Assembly (NCBI GenBank): GCA_028286525.1
Contig: JAQBRL010000020.1
Coordinates: 7,444-71,443 of the forward strand
Direction of reading: 5' to 3'
Source: Parcubacteria group bacterium
GTDB taxonomy: Bacteria; Patescibacteriota; Minisyncoccia; Phycocordibacterales; Phycocordibacteraceae
DNA: 64,000 nt
Shown here: positions 29,241-38,892 of the stretch, piece after piece
Numbering within the stretch: position 1 is the first letter of the stretch
Layout of the letters: the number at the start of each line of letters is the position of its first letter
The notes under the pieces: generated by a model
What the model saw: the letters and a program-made list of their open reading frames with translations, nothing else
Databases searched by the model: none
What the model was told of the DNA's origin: nothing
Position numbers and translations under genes: made by a program

Positions 29241-30317
29241 ATGGCCAAGAATTACTACGAAACTCTCGGCATCGACAAGAAAGCGAGCCCGGACGATATA
29301 AAGAAAGCTTTCCGCAAGCTTGCCCAGAAGCATCACCCAGACAAGGGCGGGGACGAGGCGAAGTTCAAGGAAATCACCGAGGCGTACTCGGTGCTCGCTG
29401 ACGAGAAGAAGCGCCGCGAATACGACTCGTACGGGCAGACGTTCGCAGGTGGAGCACCTGGCGGCGGGGGATTCGACCCCTCGCAATTTTCAGGCGGATT
29501 CGGCGGAGGCGTCGAGTTCGATCTGAACGACCTCTTCGAGGGATTCGGCGATATCTTCGGAGGCGCAGCAGCCCGCGGTGGCCGCGGCCGCATGAAGCGC
29601 GGGCGGGATATTTCCGTCGATATAGAGATCTCGTTCAAGGAATCCATTCTCGGCGGCAAACGCTCCGTGCTTATCTCGAAAATAGATAAATGCGAGGTAT
29701 GCCAGGGAAGCGGCGCGAAACCAGGAGCCGAGATGGAAACCTGCAAGACCTGCAATGGAGCAGGCCGCATCCATGAGACCCGGGACTCCGTACTGGGAGC
29801 CTTCACGAGCGTGCGCACCTGTCCGACCTGCGAGGGCACAGGCTCGGTACCGAAAGAGAAGTGCGAGAACTGCACGGGCCATGGCGTTCTCAAGAAGGAG
29901 GTGGAGCTCAATATCGACATTCCGCGCGGCATCGACGGCGGAGAGATGATACGCATGCCGGGCATGGGCGAGGCAATAAAGGGCGGCGTCTCCGGCGACC
30001 TCTACGTCAAAGTGCATGTGAAGCCGCACGCCGTATATCGCAAGGATGGCGCGAACCTCATCATGGAGCTTCCGGTGAAGCTTACGGACGCGCTTGTCGG
30101 TACTACCGTCACTATCACGACCATCGACGAAAAGACGCTTGAGGTGAAAGTGCCTCCGATGGCGAAGACCGAGGAGATACTTCGCATCAAAGGTCGCGGC
30201 GTTCACTATGACCAGGCGACCGGCGACCTCCTCATCCGCGTGACCGTGACGCTCCCGAAGAAGCTCTCGAACAAAGCCAAGAAAGCAATCGAAGACCTCA
30301 AGACCGAAGGACTGTAA
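29241..30317 (+). CDS. dnaJ: Chaperone DnaJ (Hsp40)
   Basis: A J-domain with HPD, a G/F region, four CxxCxGxG zinc-finger repeats and a C-terminal domain are present. Confidence 0.95.
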   Translation: MAKNYYETLGIDKKASPDDIKKAFRKLAQKHHPDKGGDEAKFKEITEAYSVLADEKKRREYDSYGQTFAGGAPGGGGFDPSQFSGGFGGGVEFDLNDLFEGFGDIFGGAAARGGRGRMKRGRDISVDIEISFKESILGGKRSVLISKIDKCEVCQGSGAKPGAEMETCKTCNGAGRIHETRDSVLGAFTSVRTCPTCEGTGSVPKEKCENCTGHGVLKKEVELNIDIPRGIDGGEMIRMPGMGEAIKGGVSGDLYVKVHVKPHAVYRKDGANLIMELPVKLTDALVGTTVTITTIDEKTLEVKVPPMAKTEEILRIKGRGVHYDQATGDLLIRVTVTLPKKLSNKAKKAIEDLKTEGL

Positions 30318-30360
30318 TAGCGCGCCAGTCGCTCGTACTACTGCGGTATAATTACGCTTT

Positions 30361-32187
30361 ATGCCGCCACAGGATCCTATTAAAAATACGCGGGCATGGC
30401 CCGTGCTGAAAGATTATACGAAAGCGGCGTTACGCTACCCGAACGCGTTCCTCTTCACGCTCGCGACGGTGATCGGCGTCCAGGTAACGGAGATCATCGC
30501 GCCTCTCTTCCTACGGCAATTCATCGATACCGTCTCAGGTCTTTCCACGCAGCACGTCATTACGCCCGCGGTCATACACTCGTTAGTCGGGTATATATGC
30601 ACCATCGCAGCAACGTGGCTGCTCTACCGCCTTCTTACGCTTGGAGAGATGCGCATCGAGTCTCGCGTGCCGGCGGATCTCACGAACAAGGCATTCGGAT
30701 ACCTCATACACCATAATTACGACTTCTTCGTAAATAACTTCGCCGGTACCCTTACGCGGCGCGTAACGCGGTACGCGCGCGCATTCGAACAAGTGTTCGA
30801 CACCGTGATGTCGAACTTCATTCCGACGTTCGTCTATACCATTGGAGTCATTGTGGTGCTGTATACGCGCAATCATGCGCTCGGCATCGGCCTGTTGCTG
30901 TGGACCCTGTTCTTCCTTGCGCTCATCTACTTCATGACGCAATGGAGGTACAAATATAAGCTCATGCGAGCCGCCGAAGACAGCCGTCTTACGGGGGCCC
31001 TTTCGGATTCCATCGGAAACCATACCGCGGTCCTCTTTTTTGCCGCCGAAGCCCATGAAAAGTCGAGGATAGGGCATATCGTGACCGACTGGTTCGATGC
31101 GAACATAAAGGCCTGGTCCGCCGATCTATGGAACTACACCATCCAGGGGTTCCTTACCCGCGTCGCGCAAGTCAGTTTGCTGCTCGCGGGACTCTATCTG
31201 TGGCAGAAAGGCCTTCTCACCGTCGGCGATTTCATACTCATACAGATCTATATGCTCACCCTTATGGACCGCATCGGGAACATAGGGAGCAGCATGCGGC
31301 GTATCTATGACGCATTCGCTGAAGCCAATGAGATGATACATATCTTCGAGCTGCCGCATGCGATCACGGATGATCGCCTTGCGGTATCGCTGATAGTTTC
31401 TGACGGGAAAGTGGAGTTCGGGAACGTGAACTTCTCGTTCATTCCTGAACGGCCTATCCTCAAGGACTTTTCGCTTACGGTGAAAAGCAAGGAGAAAGTG
31501 GCCCTCGTCGGGCCCTCCGGTGCAGGGAAGTCCACCATTACGAAGCTGCTGTTGAGGCTGTACGATCTCAAAGACGGTGCCATCAAGATCGATAACCTGG
31601 ATATCCGTCATGTGACCCAGAAAACGTTACGCGAGTCCATCTCCTTCGTACCGCAGGAGCCCGTGCTGTTCCATCGCACCCTGCACGAGAACATCGCCTA
31701 TGGCAGGCAGGACGCGAGCCTGGAAGAGATCATCGAAGCGGCGAAGAAGGCCCACGCGCATGAATTCATATCGACATTGCCGCTGGGGTACGACACCTTC
31801 GTGGGAGAACGCGGAGTGAAGCTTTCCGGCGGCGAGCGCCAACGCGTCGCTATCGCGCGCGCCATTCTCAAGAATGCCCCTATCCTCGTGCTCGACGAGG
31901 CGACCTCATCCCTCGATTCGGAGAGCGAGCACCTCATCCAAGAGGCGCTCGATACGCTCATGGGAGGGAAGACGGTCATCGTCATCGCTCACCGCCTTTC
32001 GACCATCATGAAGATGGACCGCATCGTCGTGATGGAGCAGGGGAGCATCGTCGCGCAAGGGACCCACGAGGAACTGCTCGCGCAAGCCGGCTTGTATAAG
32101 AAGCTCTGGAGCATCCAGGCAGGCGGTTTCCTTGGCGGGGAGAAAGAAAGCGGCGAAGAGGAGACCGCAACGGAGGAAGGGGAGTGA
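30361..32187 (+). CDS. ABC transporter, fused permease/ATPase exporter (MsbA-like)
   Basis: Six TM helices, Walker A GPSGAGKST, signature LSGGERQR and Walker B ILVLDEATS are present. Confidence 0.9.
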   Translation: MPPQDPIKNTRAWPVLKDYTKAALRYPNAFLFTLATVIGVQVTEIIAPLFLRQFIDTVSGLSTQHVITPAVIHSLVGYICTIAATWLLYRLLTLGEMRIESRVPADLTNKAFGYLIHHNYDFFVNNFAGTLTRRVTRYARAFEQVFDTVMSNFIPTFVYTIGVIVVLYTRNHALGIGLLLWTLFFLALIYFMTQWRYKYKLMRAAEDSRLTGALSDSIGNHTAVLFFAAEAHEKSRIGHIVTDWFDANIKAWSADLWNYTIQGFLTRVAQVSLLLAGLYLWQKGLLTVGDFILIQIYMLTLMDRIGNIGSSMRRIYDAFAEANEMIHIFELPHAITDDRLAVSLIVSDGKVEFGNVNFSFIPERPILKDFSLTVKSKEKVALVGPSGAGKSTITKLLLRLYDLKDGAIKIDNLDIRHVTQKTLRESISFVPQEPVLFHRTLHENIAYGRQDASLEEIIEAAKKAHAHEFISTLPLGYDTFVGERGVKLSGGERQRVAIARAILKNAPILVLDEATSSLDSESEHLIQEALDTLMGGKTVIVIAHRLSTIMKMDRIVVMEQGSIVAQGTHEELLAQAGLYKKLWSIQAGGFLGGEKESGEEETATEEGE

Positions 32188-32234
32188 TGTGAGTAGCGCG
32201 CGAGGCCTCCAGCCTCGCGCGCTATACTTTACGC

Positions 32235-32756
32235 ATGATCGACCAGTACGCCCTGCAGATAAGCACCCTCGCCACGACCGCGGCGTCCCATTCATGGGCA
32301 CTGGTGAGCAATTTCCTCATTCTGCTCGTCCTGACGGTCCTATTCATACTTTTTTCCTACCGCTCGCGCGGCGGCATCCTCTCGCTCATTCTCGGCTTCT
32401 ACGTCGGCTACGCGCTTTACCTCGTGTTTCCCTACACCTCCATGGTGCTTGGGTTCGGGACCACCCCTCTGCTGAAAGCCATCCTGAGCGTGCTCATGTA
32501 TCTCGTCGCCTGCGTCATCCCGTTCCTATTCGTCGAGCGCATCGTCAGCGGCGGGTACGGCGTCCTCTCGGTGCTTCCGCGCTTCGGGCTTTCGTTCCTT
32601 GCGGCGACCTTCTTGCTTGCGCTTGCCTATCATGTCTTCCATGTAAGCAACATCTACACGTTCCCGGAACCCATGAATACGCTCTTCGCGCCGGACCAGT
32701 ATTTCTTCCTTTGGTTCATCGCGCCGCTAGTCGGTCTGTTACTGCTCGTACACTAG
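32235..32756 (+). CDS. Hypothetical polytopic membrane protein
   Basis: The ORF is hydrophobic throughout, in contrast to the Arg-rich alternative frame 32132..32833. Confidence 0.5.
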   Translation: MIDQYALQISTLATTAASHSWALVSNFLILLVLTVLFILFSYRSRGGILSLILGFYVGYALYLVFPYTSMVLGFGTTPLLKAILSVLMYLVACVIPFLFVERIVSGGYGVLSVLPRFGLSFLAATFLLALAYHVFHVSNIYTFPEPMNTLFAPDQYFFLWFIAPLVGLLLLVH

Positions 32757-32787
32757 ACCCTCATGCCGCTCATGCAAAAGTAACGGT

Positions 32788-32964
32788 ATGGCCGGTATGC
32801 TCATGCGCACAGGACAGATCCTCTTTGTCCTAGGGTTCGTCTATTATTTCTTTTCGCACCATGTGCTTCTCACGGCATTGATAGCCGGCCTCGGCTTCAT
32901 CATTTTCATCCTCGGCGCTGCCCTCTGGAGCCTCGAAACCGGCGGCGACGTCAATTTCAGCTAG
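32788..32964 (+). CDS. Small hypothetical membrane protein (58 aa)
   Basis: MAGMLMRTGQILFVLGFVYYFF... has two predicted TM helices and is absent from the ORF track (under 60 aa). Confidence 0.3.
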   Translation: MAGMLMRTGQILFVLGFVYYFFSHHVLLTALIAGLGFIIFILGAALWSLETGGDVNFS

Positions 32965-33072
32965 TATTTGCTCGCGTCCTCCGCTTGCAATTTAAGTAGT
33001 AGTGTGCTATAGTATATATCACGGTAACGGGTTAGCCGTTACAGCACCTTCCATCCCTGTGGAGAACATCCC

Positions 33073-33540
33073 ATGTCCAAAGGCATCGCTTTTGCGGTTC
33101 TCGCGCCGCTATTCTACGCGCTCGCTAACGTGCTGATCGAGTGGAAGCTCGTTCGCTACAACAACCTCAGCTTGATGGTCGTCTACGCGGCCATCATCGC
33201 CGGTGTGGCGTTCGCCATCCGTCTGGCCGCGCGAGGCGCCGATCCGGCGGCCTATGCGTTCCCGGCCGGCATGAACCTCGTCTGGCTCATCGTCCTCGGT
33301 GTCCTGTTCTTCGTCGCCGACTACCTCTACGTCGGCGCATACACGAGCAACGTGAGCCTGCTCACCATCACGACCATCAGCGTCCTGTTCCCGGTGTTCG
33401 CGTCGCTCATCAAGCTGGTGGGCAGCCGCTTCCTCGCCGGCATGACGTTCACGCCCCCTACTCCCACTCTAGTGATCGCGTACGTCCTTGCGGCGACCGC
33501 GGTCATCCTGGTGGTGAAGGAGGGCATGAAGGCGGCCTAA
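33073..33540 (+). CDS. Small multi-TM membrane protein (DMT/EamA-like)
   Basis: Four predicted TM helices are present; family membership is tentative. Confidence 0.45.
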   Translation: MSKGIAFAVLAPLFYALANVLIEWKLVRYNNLSLMVVYAAIIAGVAFAIRLAARGADPAAYAFPAGMNLVWLIVLGVLFFVADYLYVGAYTSNVSLLTITTISVLFPVFASLIKLVGSRFLAGMTFTPPTPTLVIAYVLAATAVILVVKEGMKAA

Positions 33541-33572
33541 CCGCCGCGCTGCTCTCCACAGGGAAACTATCG

Positions 33573-33606
33573 ACGCCCCGGCTGCACTGGCCGGGGCGTT
33601 TCTACA
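33573..33606 (+). terminator. Rho-independent terminator
   Basis: A GC stem (acgccccgg ... ccggggcgt) is followed by TTTCTAC. Confidence 0.6.
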
Positions 33607-33622
33607 GAGAAGGCACTATTTT

Positions 33623-34030
33623 ATGTTATATAATCCACATACTATGAATTTTGGGGAACACCTGACACTCGACGGATATGGAGGCGATTATGAGCTGCTG
33701 AATGATCGCGAATACGTGCGTTCTTGCTTCGATGAACTCTTGGCCCATCTGGAGATGCATCCCCTTATCGAACCGGTGATCATCGAAGCGCCTGACAACC
33801 AGATCAAGGACCCCGGAGGCTGGAGCGGCTACGTGGTCATCGCAGAGAGCCATATCAGCATCCACACATTCCCGAAACGGAAGTTCATTTCAGCCGATGT
33901 ATACACCTGCCGAAACGGTATGGATAGGGAATATATCACTGAATATTTTAGAACGAAGTTCAAACTGACCGATCTCGAGACTAACTTCATCGTGCGCGGC
34001 ACCCGGTATCCCGAGCATAATCTCGTATGA
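33623..34030 (+). CDS. speH: S-adenosylmethionine decarboxylase proenzyme (pyruvoyl-dependent, SpeH type)
   Basis: LTLDGYGGD and the self-cleavage-site motif VVIAESHISIHTFPK are present; the start is possibly at MNFGEHL. Confidence 0.75.
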   Translation: MLYNPHTMNFGEHLTLDGYGGDYELLNDREYVRSCFDELLAHLEMHPLIEPVIIEAPDNQIKDPGGWSGYVVIAESHISIHTFPKRKFISADVYTCRNGMDREYITEYFRTKFKLTDLETNFIVRGTRYPEHNLV

Positions 34031-34635
34031 CAATACAGGCACTGTTTGGGATTGCCGCCGGCATATTATCGTTCGTCGCATACCCTGTCTACATACGAGA
34101 CATTCTCCGCGGTGAAACGAAGCCGAGCAAGGTAACCTGGTGGGTGCTCGCCTTCCTGAATGCTGCCCTTACCGCGAGCTATTATGCGTCAGGCGCTCGG
34201 GATACGATCTGGATTCCTATCAGTTATACCCTGGGATTCTCTGTCGTAGCGTTTCTTTCTCTCAAATACGGAGAGGGAAATTGGGAAAAGAGCGACTGGA
34301 TCTGCCTTACCGGCGCGGCAGTGAGCTTGTTCTTGTGGTGGTTCCTTCAGTCTGCCGAGGTTGCGCTATATCTTATTATAATCACTGATTTCATTGGTCT
34401 CGTCCCCACTATCTATAAGACGTACAAGAGACCCTGGACAGAGAGCAGGCTCTCTTGGTCAATCGCATTGATCGCCAGCGCGCTGAACGTGATCGCGATC
34501 GAGGATTGGTCTCCCGCAATCAGTTTCTATCCGTTCTATGTAGTGATAACGAATGCTCTTATCGTAGGATTTATATTGTTTCCGAGACATCGTGAACAGC
34601 AGATTGTTGAGCCTCGCAGCGATTCCGGCGCATGA
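34027..34635 (+). CDS. Hypothetical polytopic membrane protein
   Basis: Six or more TM helices are present, with 4-nt overlaps to both the upstream and downstream genes. Confidence 0.5.
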   Translation: MTIQALFGIAAGILSFVAYPVYIRDILRGETKPSKVTWWVLAFLNAALTASYYASGARDTIWIPISYTLGFSVVAFLSLKYGEGNWEKSDWICLTGAAVSLFLWWFLQSAEVALYLIIITDFIGLVPTIYKTYKRPWTESRLSWSIALIASALNVIAIEDWSPAISFYPFYVVITNALIVGFILFPRHREQQIVEPRSDSGA

Positions 34636-35573
34636 TTCCACAATTCCCCGACTTCAAGCAGCTTGAGTTTTCGGACAAAGACGAATTGGAGACATTCGCC
34701 GCTGGATTTTCGCCCTACTCCGATTTTGAATTCGCCAGCTTGTGGGCTTGGAACGTTCAAGAGAACATGGAACTGTCTCTACTACGAAAAAATCTAGTTG
34801 TGCGCTTCACAGATTACGTTACAGGCGCATTTTTTTATACTTTTCTTGGCAAAACCGAACTGAACGATACTGCTGAAGAGCTTATCGCCCTTTCTGAGAA
34901 AAAAGGCTATGGTTCCGTCTTACATCTGATACCAGAGGAGGCTATTACCGGACTTGATACCGACAGATTCGATATTACGGAATCACGTGACCATTTCGAT
35001 TATCTGTACGAAGTGGAGCAGCACGTAACGTATGGCGGCGGGAAGCTCAAATCAAGGCGCAATTTTTTGAATGGCTTCCTGAAGACCTATCCGCATTACG
35101 GTGCCGTACCTCTTGATCTTTCTGACGAGCTCACCCGGCGCGAAGTGCTCGAACTCTGTCGTAGATGGGAAGAGAATAAGGGATTTCCGATCCCTAATGA
35201 GCAGCGGGCTCTGAGCCGTTTTCTCGATGTTGCGCACTTTTTCACGTATAGCGCAGTCGGTATTACGATCGACAGCACGTTGGTAGGCTTCTGCACGACC
35301 GTGTTGCTCCGCGATGGGCGCGCAAACGCGCTTTTCGAAAAAGTAGATATCCGCTATCACGGTATCCATGCGCTGCTTCGGCATGAAGTGGCCAAGAACC
35401 TTATACGCGCGCGCTATACGCATCTTAATTATGAACAGGATCTTGGGATACTCTCTCTTCGCCAGTCGAAGACAGCCTTTAACCCGACCGGCTTCTTGAA
35501 GAAATATAGCGTTTCTCGCAAACGCACGGATGCGTTCGCTTCACAGACTCAACTTCCAGCTGAATTCGACTAG
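34632..35573 (+). CDS. DUF2156 / MprF C-terminal-like (aminoacyl-tRNA-dependent transferase fold) protein
   Basis: Its length and blocks (DFEFASLWAW, GYGSVLHLIPEEA) resemble the LPG-synthase C-terminal domain; the assignment is moderate. Confidence 0.45.
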   Translation: MIPQFPDFKQLEFSDKDELETFAAGFSPYSDFEFASLWAWNVQENMELSLLRKNLVVRFTDYVTGAFFYTFLGKTELNDTAEELIALSEKKGYGSVLHLIPEEAITGLDTDRFDITESRDHFDYLYEVEQHVTYGGGKLKSRRNFLNGFLKTYPHYGAVPLDLSDELTRREVLELCRRWEENKGFPIPNEQRALSRFLDVAHFFTYSAVGITIDSTLVGFCTTVLLRDGRANALFEKVDIRYHGIHALLRHEVAKNLIRARYTHLNYEQDLGILSLRQSKTAFNPTGFLKKYSVSRKRTDAFASQTQLPAEFD

Positions 35574-35630
35574 TGGAGAAGAGTCCTGGACGTTTATTCG
35601 GTTGGTATACTTACATACGAAGCTTGAACA

Positions 35631-35990
35631 ATGCACCGCTCTGCCCATAAAACTACATTCCTCATATGTGTCGGCATATTGGTGTTGATCGTCGCGATAC
35701 ATAATTTCGCTCGCTACTATGTGGCGAAAGATTATCCGTTCCATGTATTTACGAGCTGCGCTCCCTTCATGCACAGCTGCTTTACTGCTGACCCGACCAA
35801 CTCAGATCCGACATTCCAGGGCGGCGCATACGAAAAGGTCATGATCGACGCCGCACATGCACCGATATGCTTAGAGGAGCATACGTGCGCAAATTTCTCT
35901 TGCGATGGGCTCGGCGCACTATGCCAGGTGACGTATTGTTCGCCGGACGCTCTGGAAGATGGCGAAAGCTGCACTAGTTCAACTCAATAG
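35631..35990 (+). CDS. Small Cys-rich secreted or anchored protein
   Basis: An N-terminal TM or signal segment is followed by 9 Cys in about 80 residues. Confidence 0.4.
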   Translation: MHRSAHKTTFLICVGILVLIVAIHNFARYYVAKDYPFHVFTSCAPFMHSCFTADPTNSDPTFQGGAYEKVMIDAAHAPICLEEHTCANFSCDGLGALCQVTYCSPDALEDGESCTSSTQ

Positions 35991-35992
35991 CT

Positions 35993-37639
35993 ATGCTGGC
36001 ATATTTTATACACGCCCAATACTGCTACGAATATCTGGTAAATCAGATCCCGATGGGCCTGCTGCTGTATTCGCACCTACCGACATCGCTTCTTGCCCTC
36101 GCATTCGGGACATATGTGCTCTTCAAGGCACGTACACTTCCAGCCTTTCTCTTCTTCAATGTCTGTCTCATGTTCGCTATCTGGGCAGCATTCGATTTGA
36201 GCGCTTGGTTCGCGTTCCTCGGAGCCGATAATGTCATGTTCACCTGGTCTCTCCTCGATTTCTTTGCGGTACTCATGTTCTTTTTTACGTACTACTTCCT
36301 GTACACGTTCGTGACTGGTAAAGATCTACCGCTCTGGCAGAAACTCATCGGCATCGCTATTCTATTGCCCACAACGGTTATCGCGTTCATGGGAGTGAAC
36401 ATACCGACATACGACCTCAATTCCTGCACCGCGCTTGAGGACAACGCCTACACCATCTACACGTACATTGCCGAAGGGATATACATCCTGGTCACGATAG
36501 CGTTCCTCACTATCGAGTACCTGAAGAAGAAGGAGCGTACGCAACGACGTCGTACTCTCCTCGCCGGTACTGGAGTCCTGATATTCCTCGGGTTCTTCTT
36601 CTCAGCGAGTTTTCTGGTCAGTCTATACGCGAGCAGCGATGCATCTTCATACGTATACAACTATTTGATCTATGGATTATTTGGGATGCCGGTATTTCTC
36701 ATCTATCTTGGGTATCTAATCGTCAGATACCACGCATTCAATCTTAAGACATTCGGGGTACAGGCTCTTGTCGTGGCACTCATTGCAGTCCTCGCTTCTG
36801 AGTTTGCGTTCGTGACTACCCTTACGAGCCGCGTCCTTGTCGCCGTCACGCTTATCCTTACCGGCATTATCGGGACCCAGCTTATCCGGAGCGTTAAACG
36901 TGAAATAGAGCAGCGTGAGCATATAGAAAAACTTGCAGGAGATCTTGAGAAGGCGAATGAGCAGCAAATAGTCCTCATTCATTTCATTACGCACCAGATC
37001 AAAGGCTTCGTAACCAAGTCGCGCAATATCTTCTCGATGGTGCTCGAGGGAGATTTCGGATCAGTGCCAGAGCAAATGAAACCCATGCTCGAAGAGGGAT
37101 TCAGTTCGGACACCAAGGGCATGAACACGATTCAAGAGATTTTGAACGCAGCGAATATAAAAAGCGGGAAGGTCACGTATGCGATGGCGCCATTCGACAT
37201 GAAACTATTCATCGAGGAGATAGCGAAGGAACTCAAGCCTGCTGCCGATGCGAAAGGCCTCGAATTTACGCTTGACCTGGGCATGGGTACCGACGTCGTG
37301 ACAGGAGACCGGGGGCAGCTCGTGAATGTGTTCAAGAACCTCATCGACAACTCCATAAAATACACGCAGAAGGGCACGGTCACGGTACGCCTGAAAAAAG
37401 AAACCGGTAAGGTCATTTTCACGATCGAAGACACGGGTGTCGGGATCACGCCAGAGGATATGAAGAACCTATTCACGGAAGGAGGACACGGGAAGGAATC
37501 CACGAAGGTGAACGTGGAGTCCACTGGTTTCGGTCTCTACATCGTGAAGAACATCATCGATGCCCATAAGGGCAAGGTCTGGGCCGAGTCCGAAGGCGCA
37601 GGGAAGGGGAGCCGCTTCATCGTCGAGCTTCCCGCATAG
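35993..37639 (+). CDS. Sensor histidine kinase with multi-TM N-terminal sensor domain (orphan)
   Basis: About 7 TM helices are followed by an H-box (HFITHQIKG) and HATPase_c N/G1/G2 boxes (NLIDNSIKYT, EDTGVGI, GFGLYIV). Confidence 0.85.
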   Translation: MLAYFIHAQYCYEYLVNQIPMGLLLYSHLPTSLLALAFGTYVLFKARTLPAFLFFNVCLMFAIWAAFDLSAWFAFLGADNVMFTWSLLDFFAVLMFFFTYYFLYTFVTGKDLPLWQKLIGIAILLPTTVIAFMGVNIPTYDLNSCTALEDNAYTIYTYIAEGIYILVTIAFLTIEYLKKKERTQRRRTLLAGTGVLIFLGFFFSASFLVSLYASSDASSYVYNYLIYGLFGMPVFLIYLGYLIVRYHAFNLKTFGVQALVVALIAVLASEFAFVTTLTSRVLVAVTLILTGIIGTQLIRSVKREIEQREHIEKLAGDLEKANEQQIVLIHFITHQIKGFVTKSRNIFSMVLEGDFGSVPEQMKPMLEEGFSSDTKGMNTIQEILNAANIKSGKVTYAMAPFDMKLFIEEIAKELKPAADAKGLEFTLDLGMGTDVVTGDRGQLVNVFKNLIDNSIKYTQKGTVTVRLKKETGKVIFTIEDTGVGITPEDMKNLFTEGGHGKESTKVNVESTGFGLYIVKNIIDAHKGKVWAESEGAGKGSRFIVELPA

Positions 37640-37657
37640 CCCTGGTATAGTGGAGGC

Positions 37658-38890
37658 ATGAACCTCATCGAGGACCTGAAAGCACGCGGACTCGTCGAGC
37701 ATCACTCGGCGGAGCTCGAGAAGATATTCGCGACCAAGCGCACCGTCTACCTCGGCGTAGACCCTTCCGCCGACTCGATGCAAGCTGGCAATCTCGCCGT
37801 GATACTTCTCATGAAGCGTCTTGCGGACGCAGGGCACCGCATCATCCTGCTCGTGGGCGGCGGCACCGGCATGATAGGCGACCCGCGCGAGAGCGGAGAG
37901 CGGACGCTCCCGGACGAACGCGCCATCAAGCGCAACGCGAAAGCGCTTCGCGACCAGATGCAGCGCATCGTGGGCAGCCGGGTGACGCTCGTGAATAACG
38001 CGGACTGGCTGCTGAAGATAAAGCTGGTCGATTTCCTGCGGGATATCGGCAAGCATTTCACCGTGAACGAGCTCATAAAGCGCGATATCATCCGCAAACG
38101 CCTCGAAACGCCGGACGAGAGCATTTCATACACCGAGTTCGCGTACTCGCTTCTCCAAGGCTACGACTATCTGACCCTGAACCAGAAATACGGATGCGAC
38201 CTGCAGGTGGGCGGCTCCGACCAATGGACGAACCTGCTCTCGGGAGTGGAGCTCATCCGCCGCAAGCTCGGCAAGGAGGCCTTTGCAGTGACCATTCCGC
38301 TCGTCACCGACGCAACGGGAAAGAAGTTCGGTAAGTCCGAAGGGAACGCCGTTTGGCTTGCTGCGTCGAGGACCTCTCCTTTCGCGTTCTACCAATTCTG
38401 GCTGAACCAGCCGGATACCGAGGTGGGCAAGCTCATGAAGTTCTATACCTTCCTGTCGCCCATAGAGATAAACGCGCTCATGGAATTGCATGCGCGTAAC
38501 CCTGAACGCCGTACCGCCCAGCGCAAGCTCGCGCTCGAAGTGACCACGCTCGTGCATGGAGAGACGGAAGCGATGCGCGCGGAGAAGTTCACGGACATCC
38601 TGTTCGGGAACGCGTCGCTCGACCAGCTCGCTGCCGCAGAGCGCGAAGCGCTTTTCTCGTCGGTGCCTTCAGCGAGCGTGCCGGACGGCACGAGTATCGT
38701 CGATACGCTCACGAGCACGGAGTTCGTAGCATCGAAATCGGAAGCGAGACGGCTTATAGACGCGAAGGGTATCAGGCTCAACGGCGAAACCGTTACCAGC
38801 GACCGGCCTCTCACCGCATCGGACTTCGAGAAGGGCCTTGCCGTCCTCCAAAAAGGGAAGTCCGAGAAGCTTTTGGTCCGCTTCAAATAG
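37658..38890 (+). CDS. tyrS: Tyrosyl-tRNA synthetase (HIGH motif replaced by QAGN)
   Basis: It is collinear with E. coli TyrRS, including KFGKSEGNAVWL (KMSKS-type) and a C-terminal S4 domain. Confidence 0.9.
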   Translation: MNLIEDLKARGLVEHHSAELEKIFATKRTVYLGVDPSADSMQAGNLAVILLMKRLADAGHRIILLVGGGTGMIGDPRESGERTLPDERAIKRNAKALRDQMQRIVGSRVTLVNNADWLLKIKLVDFLRDIGKHFTVNELIKRDIIRKRLETPDESISYTEFAYSLLQGYDYLTLNQKYGCDLQVGGSDQWTNLLSGVELIRRKLGKEAFAVTIPLVTDATGKKFGKSEGNAVWLAASRTSPFAFYQFWLNQPDTEVGKLMKFYTFLSPIEINALMELHARNPERRTAQRKLALEVTTLVHGETEAMRAEKFTDILFGNASLDQLAAAEREALFSSVPSASVPDGTSIVDTLTSTEFVASKSEARRLIDAKGIRLNGETVTSDRPLTASDFEKGLAVLQKGKSEKLLVRFK

Positions 38891-38892
38891 CC

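Noticed and set aside
32132-32833. 233-aa Arg-rich ORF
   Set aside because: It is an alternative frame of the strongly hydrophobic membrane-protein ORF 32235..32756.
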